A stretch of 64,000 bases of DNA from Bacillus subtilis subsp. subtilis str. 168 (GTDB lineage Bacteria > Bacillota > Bacilli > Bacillales > Bacillaceae): NCBI RefSeq assembly GCF_000009045.1, contig NC_000964.3:806001-870000 (forward strand). The letters are read 5' to 3'. The position numbers were made by a program, and so were the translations under genes. Of the stretch, positions 49,116-59,204 are shown piece by piece (the stretch's first letter is position 1; each line of letters begins with the position of its first letter). Below the pieces are notes generated by a model, which was not told the DNA's origin, searched no databases, and worked only from the letters and a program-made list of their open reading frames with translations.

Positions 49116-52100
49116 ATGCCTGATTCGCTCTATTCTGTTTTCTCCTCTGATGTAAGTACATTGCCGTTCCGAGTGCGCTGATCAGAAATCCGGCCAACAG
49201 GATCGAGTACATGGATGTGGCTGTGTCCGGAAGCAGGCCGCCAGCCGGACCGTCTGTTCCTGATCCGCCCGAACCGTTTCCACCAGAGCCGTTAGTCGGT
49301 TGAGTGCCGGGAGGCGTATCATTTCCTCCGTTTCCGTCAGTTGGCTGTTTTCCGCCTGGTTTGTCGGAGCCTCCGCCATGATTGCCGTCATCACCGCCTG
49401 TCGGTTGATCTGACGGGAATGCCGGCGGTTTGTTGTTTGAACCGGAATTTAAGATCGTGTATTCGCTGAAGTGGTTTGTATATCCTGTCACCATATCATC
49501 ATCGACTGATCCGTGACCTGTCTTTGTGAAAGCTTTCTTTTTTCTATCGACGTGATAAATGGCAGGGTTATGGGCTTCTTCAATATCAAACATGCGAAGC
49601 GAAAGCTGTACGGGCTCCTTGAATGATTTTATTTCTTTTCCTTTTTGCTTCACTGTAAAGTCATATACATCTGACAGTGACACATCCAATTCTCCCGTAG
49701 ACTTGATTCCGATTGCAGTGTCTGCGGTTTTAAGGTTCGCCATTGGCATCTTCATGCTGTACCAGTAGTTGAACATCGTCAATGAAGGATCTGACTCTCT
49801 TTCTTTCAAAAGTTTGACCTGATCTTTTTTCACTTTAAGATTGATAGGCTTCTCTTGAGATCCTTCATGTATTCCATAATAGACAAATGGCGTGTTGGCA
49901 TTTTTAGCATAAATCGCAAATTTGTCTTCATCAAGTGTCCAGCTGCCGTCCTTCTGCTTTGTCGGCAGGAATACTTCTTTGATTCGTCCTTCAACTTTAG
50001 GAGAGACCTTGTTTCCTAGTTTTTTCAGCTGTTCGGTGAAAATCTCATAATCAACGTAGCCAAGGTCTTCACCATGGGAGGCTTCTGTAAAGACAGAATA
50101 TCCGTCTCCTCCGGCACCGACAAAATTATTTGTTGCCACGCGGTAGGTATCATCCGTATTTATAGCAACTTTGTCTCCGTTAGGCGATTCAATTTTCACT
50201 TCTAACACACGGTGTCCAGGTTTGTTGTTTAATGTAAAGGTATATTCGATTCCGGCCACCTGAGGGAAAGCGCCGCCGCCATTTTCCACATTGCTTAGGC
50301 CTTGTTCAAGGGCTTCTTTAATTTGTTTTCCGGTTAAATCGGCCACGTAAAGCGTATTGCCGAACGGCATCACGTTGAGCACCTCGCCGAGTGTGATATC
50401 ACCTTTGTCAATGCCTGCTCTGATGCCGCCGCCATTTGTTATCGCTATTCTGGCGCCGGCTGCTTCTTTCGCTTTTGCCAGCATACCGTCCGCGATGAAG
50501 TTTCCGAGATTCGTTTCTTTCGTGCGCACATGCTCACGCTGGCCGTCAAGCGCCACATCCGTGTAGCCGACTTTTTCATTTTTCACGTCCTCTAATTCAT
50601 TTTTGAACTGATCGAGCTCTTGTTTTGCTTCTGGGTTTTCTTCTGTATGTTCATCAATTGGCAGCACGCTCAGATTTGATTTATCTGTTTGCACAACGCC
50701 TTTTTCATCAAACGCGACATCAACGCGCCCCAAGAATTGGCCGTATTCTTTTGCCTGCGCCACGATCGTCGGTTCTTCGTTGTTCACGACCTCCATTTTG
50801 TCTACGAGGGTGTGAGTGTGTCCGCCGATGATCAAATCAATGCCTTTTACTTTTTTGGCTAGCTCAAGATCCCGGTTATGTCCGATGTGGGTTAAAGCAA
50901 TAATTTTATTTACCTTTTCTTCTTCTTGAATCGCTTTGACGGTGTTTTGTGCTGTTTCAAAGGCATCATTGAATACGATGCTTTTGCCCGGGCTTGATGT
51001 GGTGGCTGTATCTTCTGTTGTCAGGCCGAATACGGCGACTTTCTCCCCGTCAACGTCTAACAGAATGTAAGGGTGAATGCCGGCCTCTTTCTTTTCACCT
51101 GCCGTAAAGGTTTGCGGCTTTTTGACAAATGATTTCAGCTTGGGCTCATTTGACACATCTACGTTTGCACTGACAATCGGAAATTCCGGCGCTTCAAAGT
51201 GATAGCGGTTCGCCGGATCAACGGTTGCGCTGTTTCCGCTTAGAAAATCAGAAAGCACCGTCGGGCCTTTGTCAAATTCATGGTTTCCGAAGGTCATGGC
51301 GTCATAGCCCATCATGTTCATCATTTTCAGATCGGCCAAACCGTTCCATTTAGTAAAATACAGATCGCCGGAAAACACATCTCCCGCATCAAGGAGAATA
51401 TTGTGATTTGTTTCGCTGCGTACTTCGTTGATTTTCGTCATTCGTCTCGCTGCATCATCGAGATGGGCGTGCGTATCATTGGTGTGCATGACGGTCAGAT
51501 CCCACAGTCCGTCTTTAGGAGGATCTGGATTTGAATCATCATCGAATTGCAGCTTATACACACCATAGCCTTCATTCGCAGACTTGCCTACATAAGCGAC
51601 ATCGTCTGCTTTATCGGCAAATGGCTTGGCCAAAAGCGAGGATTCAAACGTCAGATTCGTGCCGGAAACAGGCGCGATTGACCAGTTGTTGTCTGCTTTT
51701 GGATTGACTGTTTTTTGTTCAATAATGTAATCCATCAGCACCTGCCTATTTTCAACTGCAGAGCCGTGGACAATTTTATCGCTCGTCAGATGAGGGAACC
51801 CGCCGCCTCCGGACGCACGATAGTTATTGGTGACTACGAGAAATTCCTGGCTTGGGCTGATCGGCTTGCCTTCATAGGAAAGATTGATGATACGGGATGA
51901 ATCCGCATTGATCACTTTTCCGTTCTCATTGTATTTAGCCGGTTTTGTCACATCGACCTGATATGTGACACCGTCAATCACGTCAAAATTATAGGAGCGG
52001 AAATTCTCGTTCAGCAAGGCCTGGTCGCCGCCTTTAGCTGGATCAATTTGATTGAATTGGCCTGCTGACATCTCCAGCCAGTCCTTGACCTCGCTGCCTG

Positions 52101-53502
52101 TCAGCTTGACGATTTGAACAGTATTATCGTAAAGATACAAGTCACCGACATTTTTAATCGCAAGATCTCCGGCTGGAATGTTTGTATAGTAATTGGCTCC
52201 GTTTCTGCCGCCTGCTTTAAACGGCGCTCCAGCGGATAAAATCGGCAGGTTCTTGTACTCGGTATCCTTCATTTCTTTTTCAGCGTACCACTTTTGCGCG
52301 TCAGTCACGATCTGAATGGAAGGATCATCTTTGACCTGTGCAAAGAAGCTGTTAATATCTGCTTCGGTTTTGCCGACTGGCTTTCGGACATACTCCAGTG
52401 TGTTTTGGTGTGTTTGCTGAATGGTGTTTGTAACGGTTTCGTTTCTTGATGTGACGTTGCCAGCAATAGATTCAATACTTCCTTTGGAATCTGCTACCTT
52501 CCATGAGCCGTCCGCCTTTTCAAGCTTGAGGTCAATCACGCCTAAATATTTGCCCCAGCTGCTTGGCATGACGACAGGAATGCCGTTAATTGTTCCCTTT
52601 TCCACATTGAACTGAGCAACACCCGCATACTCGGCGGAAGGAAAGAGTCCGTGCTGATGGCCCGAGATAATCGCGTCAATGCCTTTCGTTTTGGTGGCAA
52701 GGTCAAACACGGCGTTTTCTGCGCCTGATGATTGCGCCTGCTTTTCAATGCCGGTGTGGGCGAGGGCAATAATGACATCTGCGCCTTCCGCCTTCATTTT
52801 CGGGATCGTTTCATTGGCGGATTCTACGATATCCTGCACCTGAACTTGCCCCTCGAGATTCTTTTTGTCCCATGTCATGATTTGCGGCGGGACAAAGCCT
52901 ATGTAGCCGACTTTTACTTTCTGCTCATTACCGTTTTCATCAATGAGGGTTTTTTCATTAATCACATACGGCGTATAACGGTTTTCGCCGCTAGTTGTTT
53001 TGACGTTGGCATTTACAATCGGGAAATCGGCTCCTTTGATTGTGCCGTCGAGAAAGTCGAGCCCGTAGTTGAATTCATGATTGCCAAGCGTTCCGGCGTC
53101 GTATTTCAGCGCATTCATGACGCTGATAATCGGATGGGTTTTCGTGCCGGAGATAATGTCGTCTTTTTGATATTTCACCGCGTATTCACCCAGCGGATTC
53201 CCTTGAATCAAGTCGCCGTTATCCACAAGCAGGGTGTTAGGGTTTTGCTCGCGGTGCTTTTGGATCAATTGCGCTGTTCTCGCCAGACCGAAATCCGCCG
53301 TTTCTTTGTCGCTGTAGTAATCGTAATCCATCATGTTGGCATGAATATCAGTCGTAGCCAAAATACTCAGATGCACCTGAGGAGCCGCGCTTTCTTCTGC
53401 ATGAATGGGTGGTGTTGGGAGGATTAGGCTAAGTATCATAATTGGGGGCAAAAGAATACGGAGAATGTTTTCGACGTGTGTTCGTCTTTTCTGTATTCTC
53501 AC
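49114..53502 (-). CDS. yfkN: Wall-anchored 2',3'-cyclic-nucleotide phosphodiesterase / 3'- and 5'-nucleotidase, 1462 aa
   Basis: Signal peptide; two metallophosphoesterase modules (TTDIH...DNGD...GNHEF; HTNDTH...DAGD...GNHEF); C-terminal LPDTA, TM helix and basic tail; GTG start. Confidence 0.96.
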   Translation of the reverse strand: MRIQKRRTHVENILRILLPPIMILSLILPTPPIHAEESAAPQVHLSILATTDIHANMMDYDYYSDKETADFGLARTAQLIQKHREQNPNTLLVDNGDLIQGNPLGEYAVKYQKDDIISGTKTHPIISVMNALKYDAGTLGNHEFNYGLDFLDGTIKGADFPIVNANVKTTSGENRYTPYVINEKTLIDENGNEQKVKVGYIGFVPPQIMTWDKKNLEGQVQVQDIVESANETIPKMKAEGADVIIALAHTGIEKQAQSSGAENAVFDLATKTKGIDAIISGHQHGLFPSAEYAGVAQFNVEKGTINGIPVVMPSSWGKYLGVIDLKLEKADGSWKVADSKGSIESIAGNVTSRNETVTNTIQQTHQNTLEYVRKPVGKTEADINSFFAQVKDDPSIQIVTDAQKWYAEKEMKDTEYKNLPILSAGAPFKAGGRNGANYYTNIPAGDLAIKNVGDLYLYDNTVQIVKLTGSEVKDWLEMSAGQFNQIDPAKGGDQALLNENFRSYNFDVIDGVTYQVDVTKPAKYNENGKVINADSSRIINLSYEGKPISPSQEFLVVTNNYRASGGGGFPHLTSDKIVHGSAVENRQVLMDYIIEQKTVNPKADNNWSIAPVSGTNLTFESSLLAKPFADKADDVAYVGKSANEGYGVYKLQFDDDSNPDPPKDGLWDLTVMHTNDTHAHLDDAARRMTKINEVRSETNHNILLDAGDVFSGDLYFTKWNGLADLKMMNMMGYDAMTFGNHEFDKGPTVLSDFLSGNSATVDPANRYHFEAPEFPIVSANVDVSNEPKLKSFVKKPQTFTAGEKKEAGIHPYILLDVDGEKVAVFGLTTEDTATTSSPGKSIVFNDAFETAQNTVKAIQEEEKVNKIIALTHIGHNRDLELAKKVKGIDLIIGGHTHTLVDKMEVVNNEEPTIVAQAKEYGQFLGRVDVAFDEKGVVQTDKSNLSVLPIDEHTEENPEAKQELDQFKNELEDVKNEKVGYTDVALDGQREHVRTKETNLGNFIADGMLAKAKEAAGARIAITNGGGIRAGIDKGDITLGEVLNVMPFGNTLYVADLTGKQIKEALEQGLSNVENGGGAFPQVAGIEYTFTLNNKPGHRVLEVKIESPNGDKVAINTDDTYRVATNNFVGAGGDGYSVFTEASHGEDLGYVDYEIFTEQLKKLGNKVSPKVEGRIKEVFLPTKQKDGSWTLDEDKFAIYAKNANTPFVYYGIHEGSQEKPINLKVKKDQVKLLKERESDPSLTMFNYWYSMKMPMANLKTADTAIGIKSTGELDVSLSDVYDFTVKQKGKEIKSFKEPVQLSLRMFDIEEAHNPAIYHVDRKKKAFTKTGHGSVDDDMVTGYTNHFSEYTILNSGSNNKPPAFPSDQPTGGDDGNHGGGSDKPGGKQPTDGNGGNDTPPGTQPTNGSGGNGSGGSGTDGPAGGLLPDTATSMYSILLAGFLISALGTAMYLHQRRKQNRANQA

Positions 53503-53543
53503 CAGTTCTCCACCTTTCAACGAAATTTGTGTTACAGCTCCTA

Positions 53544-53595
53544 TTGTAAGAATATTTTGTAACTATTTGTAGGTGTTTCTTTATGATTATTGTAA
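53544..53595 (-). promoter_or_regulatory. Possible PhoP boxes upstream of yfkN
   Basis: Several TTACAA/CTACAA hexamers on the minus strand; spacing irregular (13, 10, 23 bp). Confidence 0.35.
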
Positions 53596-53679
53596 AAGGG
53601 AGAAAAATGAGTATTATGTAGCAGTATCAAACGACAAATACTGGGCATTTATGCTTATCGTTTGTCACAATCGCGGAAT

Positions 53680-53703
53680 GTTTATTTTAGTGTGGCTGGG
53701 GTA
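53680..53703 (+). promoter_or_regulatory. Sigma-B promoter of yfkM
   Basis: GTTTAT-N12-GGGGTA. Confidence 0.75.
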
Positions 53704-53744
53704 GAGTGTTTTATGTAGACATATAAAGCGGGAGGTTATGAATC

Positions 53745-54263
53745 ATGGGGAAAAAAATTGCAGTTGTTTTAACATATTATTTTGAGGACAGCGAGTACAC
53801 TGAGCCTGCGAAAGCCTTTAAAGAAGCGGGACATGAACTGACTGTCATCGAAAAAGAAAAAGGAAAAACAGTAAAAGGCAAGCAGGGAACAGCGGAAGTG
53901 ACGGTTGACGCGTCCATTGACGACGTAAATTCTTCAGACTTTGATGCGCTTTTGATTCCTGGAGGATTTTCACCAGACCAGCTTCGCGCTGACGATCGTT
54001 TCGTCCAATTTACAAAAGCGTTTATGACTGACAAAAAGCCGGTATTTGCCATTTGCCACGGCCCGCAGCTTTTAATCAATGCGAAAGCGCTCGACGGCCG
54101 AAAAGCGACGGGCTATACGTCCATTCGTGTTGACATGGAAAACGCCGGTGCCGACGTTGTGGACAAGGAAGTGGTTGTTTGCCAGGATCAATTGGTCACT
54201 AGCCGCACACCGGACGATATACCGGCATTTAACCGCGAGTCATTGGCATTGCTTGAGAAATAA
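53745..54263 (+). CDS. yfkM: DJ-1/PfpI-family general stress protein, 172 aa
   Basis: FEDSEY, LIPGG, AICHGP, TSRTPDD. Confidence 0.95.
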   Translation: MGKKIAVVLTYYFEDSEYTEPAKAFKEAGHELTVIEKEKGKTVKGKQGTAEVTVDASIDDVNSSDFDALLIPGGFSPDQLRADDRFVQFTKAFMTDKKPVFAICHGPQLLINAKALDGRKATGYTSIRVDMENAGADVVDKEVVVCQDQLVTSRTPDDIPAFNRESLALLEK

Positions 54264-54264
54264 G

Positions 54265-54297
54265 AAAAAACGGACGCTCTTGGGCGTCCGTTTTTTT
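54265..54297. terminator. Bidirectional terminator between yfkM and yfkL
   Basis: AAAAAACGGACGC / GCGTCCGTTTTTT. Confidence 0.88.
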
Positions 54298-54302
54298 GTT
54301 GC

Positions 54303-55493
54303 TTAGGCTTGAGCACCTGTCAGTTTCTTGTACCTGTAATACAAGAAAGCAGCTGCAGCCGTTCCGATGACCGCAATGCCGAAGTCGAATATGAAAATAT
54401 GGGCGATGCCCCCCGCTTTTGCGATAAGCCCTGTTGCAATCGGCAGCAGAATCGATGCAAGACTTGAAGCAGTCGCTACAATTCCGGTAACGGTTCCTTT
54501 TCGCTTCCAGAAAAGCTCTGTCATTAACGTAATGGTAATTTGAAACACACCCGCAGTTGAAAAGCCTAAGAAAAAGGCAGTGATGTCCAGCACAACTGGG
54601 ATATGAACGGTCAGCATGACTGCGAGCGTACATAAAGTAATAATAGGATATAAGAGCGTTATGAAGACAGGTTTGACCCATCTATTCAGCAAAACGGCTA
54701 ATAATAAAACAGATGCCAGAGATCCTATACTATAATAGCTCAGCAATTGTACAGATGCTGATTCAGCTAAACCGGCTGCCTTTTGCGCGTAGCTCGGGAG
54801 CCAGATTTGAGAAACCGTAAATAAAGCCGTGGATGTAAAACCGATGATAATCAGTGCGGTGCCTTCCTTCTGAAAAACGGGTTCAGACAAGAAAACGGGA
54901 GATTCCTGTTGGCCGCTATTAGTTGGTTTCTTATGTTTTTTAGGAAACGAAAGCGTTGATAAATAAATAATATTCAGGAGATAGACCGCTGCCGGCAGAT
55001 AAAAAGCAAATCCGTAAAACATGCTGTGGTCTGCTAAAAATGTGATCAAAAGCGGCAAAAGTGCGGCCCCCACAGACATAAAGGCTTTAACCAAGACATT
55101 TGCCGAACCGGAAGCAGACGGAAAGAGCTCGGTTAGGGCCGGATATGTTCCGGCATCCATGGCTGAATTAGCGACTCCGGCTAATAAAGCGAACACAAAC
55201 GCCAGCTCATAGCTCGGTGATAAAGGAATACCGACTAAAAAGACGGCCATAATTCCCGCAGAAGCGACAACAAGCGGCTTTCTGCCGATTTTATCTGATA
55301 GAACGCCGGAAATGCCGTATGTCAGCAGTTTGCCAAACCCGATAGCGGCAATGACATAACTGATGCCGGTCGGATCGGTATTCCACTGTTTTGTTAATGA
55401 AGACATATTGGATGCGAGAATGATGTTGACCATCCCCAGAAAGAAGTAGTTGATATACATTCCGGATGCTGTTTTGATAGATGTCGTTTGCAT
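54303..55493 (-). CDS. yfkL: MFS transporter, 396 aa
   Basis: GVLSDKIGRK motif A; about 12 TMs. Confidence 0.92.
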   Translation of the reverse strand: MQTTSIKTASGMYINYFFLGMVNIILASNMSSLTKQWNTDPTGISYVIAAIGFGKLLTYGISGVLSDKIGRKPLVVASAGIMAVFLVGIPLSPSYELAFVFALLAGVANSAMDAGTYPALTELFPSASGSANVLVKAFMSVGAALLPLLITFLADHSMFYGFAFYLPAAVYLLNIIYLSTLSFPKKHKKPTNSGQQESPVFLSEPVFQKEGTALIIIGFTSTALFTVSQIWLPSYAQKAAGLAESASVQLLSYYSIGSLASVLLLAVLLNRWVKPVFITLLYPIITLCTLAVMLTVHIPVVLDITAFFLGFSTAGVFQITITLMTELFWKRKGTVTGIVATASSLASILLPIATGLIAKAGGIAHIFIFDFGIAVIGTAAAAFLYYRYKKLTGAQA

Positions 55494-55585
55494 GCTTGTA
55501 CTCCTTCAAATCTTATTCGAACACTTTGCTGTTTTGGTTTGGGGAAATGATAAAAAAGACTCGCCGAGTTTCCGGCCAGTCTCCA

Positions 55586-55801
55586 TTATTTACGAAGCGA
55601 GGCTAATTCTTGAGCAATCGCCTGCATTTCACTTGGGCTGAATGATTCTTTTTTCATCACCATTCTGTGAAGGTACGTGAGGTCTTCAATCTTCTCATCA
55701 CTGAAATCCTCCGCTTTGATTACGCCGACGTTCAGCATGTTCAGCTTTTGGGAAATCTCTTCAATCATTTGAGTTAATGTTTCTGTATTTGGGCTGGACA
55801 A
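55586..55801 (-). CDS. yfkK: Small conserved protein (DUF1128-like), 71 aa
   Basis: [28 protein letters not shown]. Confidence 0.85.
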
Positions 55802-55956
55802 AGGGTTCCATCCTTTCTATGCGCAATATAGGTATGTTTTATTCTAACAGAATTCCATCAGAAAAAAACCCTATTCTAAAAGCAGGCTGTTCATTCCAAA
55901 AAAGTGAAGACATCAGTTGAAAAGAAAATGAACATCCTACTAAGATATTCATGAAG

Positions 55957-55981
55957 GTTTCTTTTTAGAGAAATAGGGGCA
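55957..55981 (+). promoter_or_regulatory. Sigma-B-like promoter of yfkJIH
   Basis: GTTTCT-N13-GGGGCA. Confidence 0.6.
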
Positions 55982-56003
55982 AAGAATAGGGAGGTTGCAC
56001 ATC

Positions 56004-56474
56004 ATGATAAGCGTGTTATTTGTTTGTTTAGGTAACATTTGCCGGTCTCCGATGGCGGAAGCGATTTTTAGGGACCTGGCAGCCAAAAAAGGATTAGAGG
56101 GGAAAATCAAGGCGGACTCAGCCGGTATTGGCGGCTGGCACATCGGCAACCCCCCGCATGAGGGAACGCAGGAGATATTGCGCAGAGAAGGAATCAGCTT
56201 TGATGGCATGCTGGCGCGTCAAGTCAGCGAACAGGATCTGGACGATTTTGATTACATCATTGCAATGGATGCAGAAAATATCGGAAGTCTCAGAAGCATG
56301 GCGGGTTTTAAAAACACCTCGCATATCAAAAGGCTCTTGGACTATGTTGAAGATTCAGATCTGGCTGACGTACCCGATCCTTACTACACAGGGAACTTTG
56401 AAGAGGTCTGCCAATTAATCAAAACGGGCTGTGAGCAGTTGCTTGCATCCATTCAAAAAGAAAAACAATTGTGA
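56004..56474 (+). CDS. yfkJ: Low-molecular-weight protein tyrosine phosphatase, 156 aa
   Basis: VCLGNICRSPMAE P-loop, VPDPYY; RBS GGGAGG. Confidence 0.96.
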   Translation: MISVLFVCLGNICRSPMAEAIFRDLAAKKGLEGKIKADSAGIGGWHIGNPPHEGTQEILRREGISFDGMLARQVSEQDLDDFDYIIAMDAENIGSLRSMAGFKNTSHIKRLLDYVEDSDLADVPDPYYTGNFEEVCQLIKTGCEQLLASIQKEKQL

Positions 56475-56491
56475 GTGAAAGGAGAATTTGC

Positions 56492-56812
56492 ATGAACAAC
56501 GAACGTTTAATGCTGAAAGGGATATTTCTCGGAGCTGCGGCAGGCGCGGCGTTATCACTGCTCCATAAGCCGACAAGACAGGCGTGCGGGATGAGATGGC
56601 TGACATGCAAGCATAAACTTTCACTGTACAAAAGCAACCCAGAGCTGTTAAAAAACACTGTCATCACAAAAGTGGATGAGGCCAAAAAGCTCGCCCGAAC
56701 GCTTTCAAAGGAAGTCGACTTTGTGAACCAGCAGGTGAAAGAGCTGAAGAAAACAACGCCGCAAGTGATGGAACTCGTGCAAGAAACGAAAGAGCATTTT
56801 TCAAAAAAATGA
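56492..56812 (+). CDS. yfkI: YtxH-like protein, 106 aa
   Basis: FLGAAAGAALSLL followed by coiled coil; RBS AAAGGAG. Confidence 0.85.
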   Translation: MNNERLMLKGIFLGAAAGAALSLLHKPTRQACGMRWLTCKHKLSLYKSNPELLKNTVITKVDEAKKLARTLSKEVDFVNQQVKELKKTTPQVMELVQETKEHFSKK

Positions 56813-56835
56813 TCAAACATGCGAGGTGAGACGAC

Positions 56836-57663
56836 ATGAGTTTTTTGAAAGAGCTTTTCAGCAGATACACCCTTCATGAAGGACAAAGTAAATCAGCGGA
56901 GCTGGCGTATTTTTTTCTATTGTCACTGTTTCCGTTTTTGATTTTTATGCTGACGCTCACCGCGTATCTTCCGCTTTCTACCGATGATGTTTTAGGAGTC
57001 ATAGAACAATATGCTCCCGCCAGTGCGATGTCACTCGTTGAATCCATTACCCATCAAACCTTAAATAATCGAAATGGCGGTTTGCTGTCATTCGGGATTA
57101 TCGCCGCATTATGGTCTGCGTCTAATGGAATGAATGCGATCGTCCGGTCGCTGAACCACGCGTATGATGTGGAAGAAAACCGCTCTTTTATCATTGTTCG
57201 TCTAACCTCGATTTTTTTGACGATTGCCATGGTATTTACGATTTTAGTGGCTTTGCTTCTGCCGGTATTTGGCCGGGAGATTGGAAGGCTCGCTTCTGAC
57301 TTTGTCGGCGCGTCGGATCTGTTTTTATCCGTCTGGGCCGCCATTCGCTGGGGTGTCAGCCCGCTTGTGCTTTTGATTGTTTTTTCCGCGCTGTATGTGA
57401 TTGCGCCGAACAAAAAGCTGTCTCTCCGGTTTGTCATGCCGGGTGCGGTCTTTGCGACTATCGGCTGGATCATTGTCAGCACATTGTTTTCATTTTACGT
57501 CAGCACGTTTGCGAACTATAGCGCCACTTACGGGAGCATCGGGGGAATCATCGTTCTGATGATTTGGTTTTACTTGAGCGGCATTTTAATTATCCTAGGC
57601 GGAGAAATCAACGCTCTTTTACATAAACGTAAAAAGCTTCCTGATGAAAATCCCTACCATTAG
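56836..57663 (+). CDS. yfkH: YihY/BrkB-family membrane protein, 275 aa
   Basis: SAELAYFFLLSLFP, WSASNG, YSATYGSIGGIIVLMIWFY. Confidence 0.92.
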   Translation: MSFLKELFSRYTLHEGQSKSAELAYFFLLSLFPFLIFMLTLTAYLPLSTDDVLGVIEQYAPASAMSLVESITHQTLNNRNGGLLSFGIIAALWSASNGMNAIVRSLNHAYDVEENRSFIIVRLTSIFLTIAMVFTILVALLLPVFGREIGRLASDFVGASDLFLSVWAAIRWGVSPLVLLIVFSALYVIAPNKKLSLRFVMPGAVFATIGWIIVSTLFSFYVSTFANYSATYGSIGGIIVLMIWFYLSGILIILGGEINALLHKRKKLPDENPYH

Positions 57664-57714
57664 CGCACCCTATAAACGAACTTCGGTTCAAAAAGAAGTC
57701 GGGGGGATATCGTG

Positions 57715-57822
57715 ATGACCAAGCATACGAAAAAAGGCGGAAGCCATAACAAACAAAACTCGAAAAGCAAATCGAGCCATAAAACAAGCGGAAGCGCCAA
57801 CGGACAAAACGGCTACCATTAG
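57715..57822 (+). CDS. 35-aa basic hydrophilic sORF MTKHTKKGGSHNKQNSKSKSSHKTSGSANGQNGYH (not in ORF track)
   Basis: GGGGGG RBS 8 nt before ATG; fills the intergenic gap; TAG immediately before a terminator. Confidence 0.62.
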   Translation: MTKHTKKGGSHNKQNSKSKSSHKTSGSANGQNGYH

Positions 57823-57825
57823 CAT

Positions 57826-57859
57826 AAAAGCCTCCTGACATGATGTCGGGAGGCTTTTT
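57826..57859. terminator. Bidirectional terminator between the sORF and yfkF
   Basis: AAAAGCCTCCTGACA / TGTCGGGAGGCTTTT. Confidence 0.85.
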
Positions 57860-57861
57860 GA

Positions 57862-59037
57862 TTAAGAAGATGAAGAATAGGTTTCAGCCGGTGACCAGCT
57901 TTTCGGTTTGCCCAGCACAAGGGCCAGCCACACAGAGCTAAGCGTGAGAGTAATGAAGTAGAACAAGTTTGCGCTTTCAAATGTCTGCATATACCAGCCG
58001 CCGGCAACTGGGCCGAGGATGCTACCGAGACTGAATGTAATGCCGCAAAGCAGGTTTCCCGCCGGCAGGAGGTGAGGCGGAAGAAGGTCTGTCATATAGC
58101 TGATGCCAAGTGTAAAGGTTGATCCGACTGCCATTCCTGCAATAAAAAAGCAGCCGCCGATCACGTAGGGCGAAGGAAATACACCGGCGATGAAAAAGCA
58201 AAGAGCCCCAGTCAGTAAAATCACCAGCAGCACATTCCGCCTGCCGTATTTATCGCTGAGGATGCCGAGCGGAAACTGAAAGATAATGCTTCCAATCGCA
58301 AATGCGGGAAGGATGATCGCTACTGCGTCTACTGATATCCCCAAACGGAGCGCGTACACCGGAAAGCTTCCGTTCAGCGCCGTTTCCAGAAAGCCATAGC
58401 CAAATGTAGGCATAAAGGCAACCCACCCAAACAGCATGGCCTGATAAAATCGCCTGAAACTATTGTCTGATTTGGTTTCATGAGGACTGGTTTCCGGGTA
58501 TGCATTTTGTAGAAAGAAAACAAAAAGCCACGCAAACAGACTGATGCAGCCGGACACGATAAAAGGAAGCGACGGACTCAGCTTGACAAGCGGCACCATG
58601 AACGGGCCTGCGGCAAAGCCAAGGCCAAAGGAAAGCCCATAAATAGACAGGTTTCTTCCGCGATTTTGTTTTGATGACATGGAGGTCACCCACGTTTGCG
58701 TAGAAAAGTGAAGCATGTGGTCGCCGATTCCAATGAACAGGCGAAGCAGGAACCAGACCCAAACTGACTGAAGCCAAATAAATCCGAATAAGCTTAAAAT
58801 GACAATGCTTCCGCCCATGACGATCAGCGGCTTGAACCCGAGCTTTCTGAGCGGTGCTTCCATAAACGGCGAAGCCAAAAGCACACCGATATACAGCCCG
58901 GTCGCGTGCAGGCCGTTGATAGCAGCGGATTCTCCATTTGTTTCAAAAATGATTGAAATGACAGGCAGCAGCATGCCTTGTGAAAACCCGGAAATGGAAA
59001 CGAGCAAGACAAGGATAAAGAAATGAAATCGTGACAT
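57862..59037 (-). CDS. yfkF: MFS transporter, 391 aa
   Basis: SGFSQGMLLP, GILSDKYGRR; RBS AAGGAG. Confidence 0.92.
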   Translation of the reverse strand: MSRFHFFILVLLVSISGFSQGMLLPVISIIFETNGESAAINGLHATGLYIGVLLASPFMEAPLRKLGFKPLIVMGGSIVILSLFGFIWLQSVWVWFLLRLFIGIGDHMLHFSTQTWVTSMSSKQNRGRNLSIYGLSFGLGFAAGPFMVPLVKLSPSLPFIVSGCISLFAWLFVFFLQNAYPETSPHETKSDNSFRRFYQAMLFGWVAFMPTFGYGFLETALNGSFPVYALRLGISVDAVAIILPAFAIGSIIFQFPLGILSDKYGRRNVLLVILLTGALCFFIAGVFPSPYVIGGCFFIAGMAVGSTFTLGISYMTDLLPPHLLPAGNLLCGITFSLGSILGPVAGGWYMQTFESANLFYFITLTLSSVWLALVLGKPKSWSPAETYSSSS

Positions 59038-59204
59038 CGTGTCAGTTCTCCTTATATGGAATCTATGTTGATCGTACAACGTTTTCCAAAAGCAGGCAAC
59101 CTGAAAAAAGCCTATATCACGCTATACATTTGCCCTCGTGTAATCATGAAGGTTTTTGTGAAGAATAAAAATAAAACAAGTCATAAAAAAGGAGCTATTT
59201 CACC

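Noticed and set aside
52732-53427. 231-aa plus-strand ORF
   Set aside because: Fully antisense to yfkN, no RBS or motifs; shadow ORF
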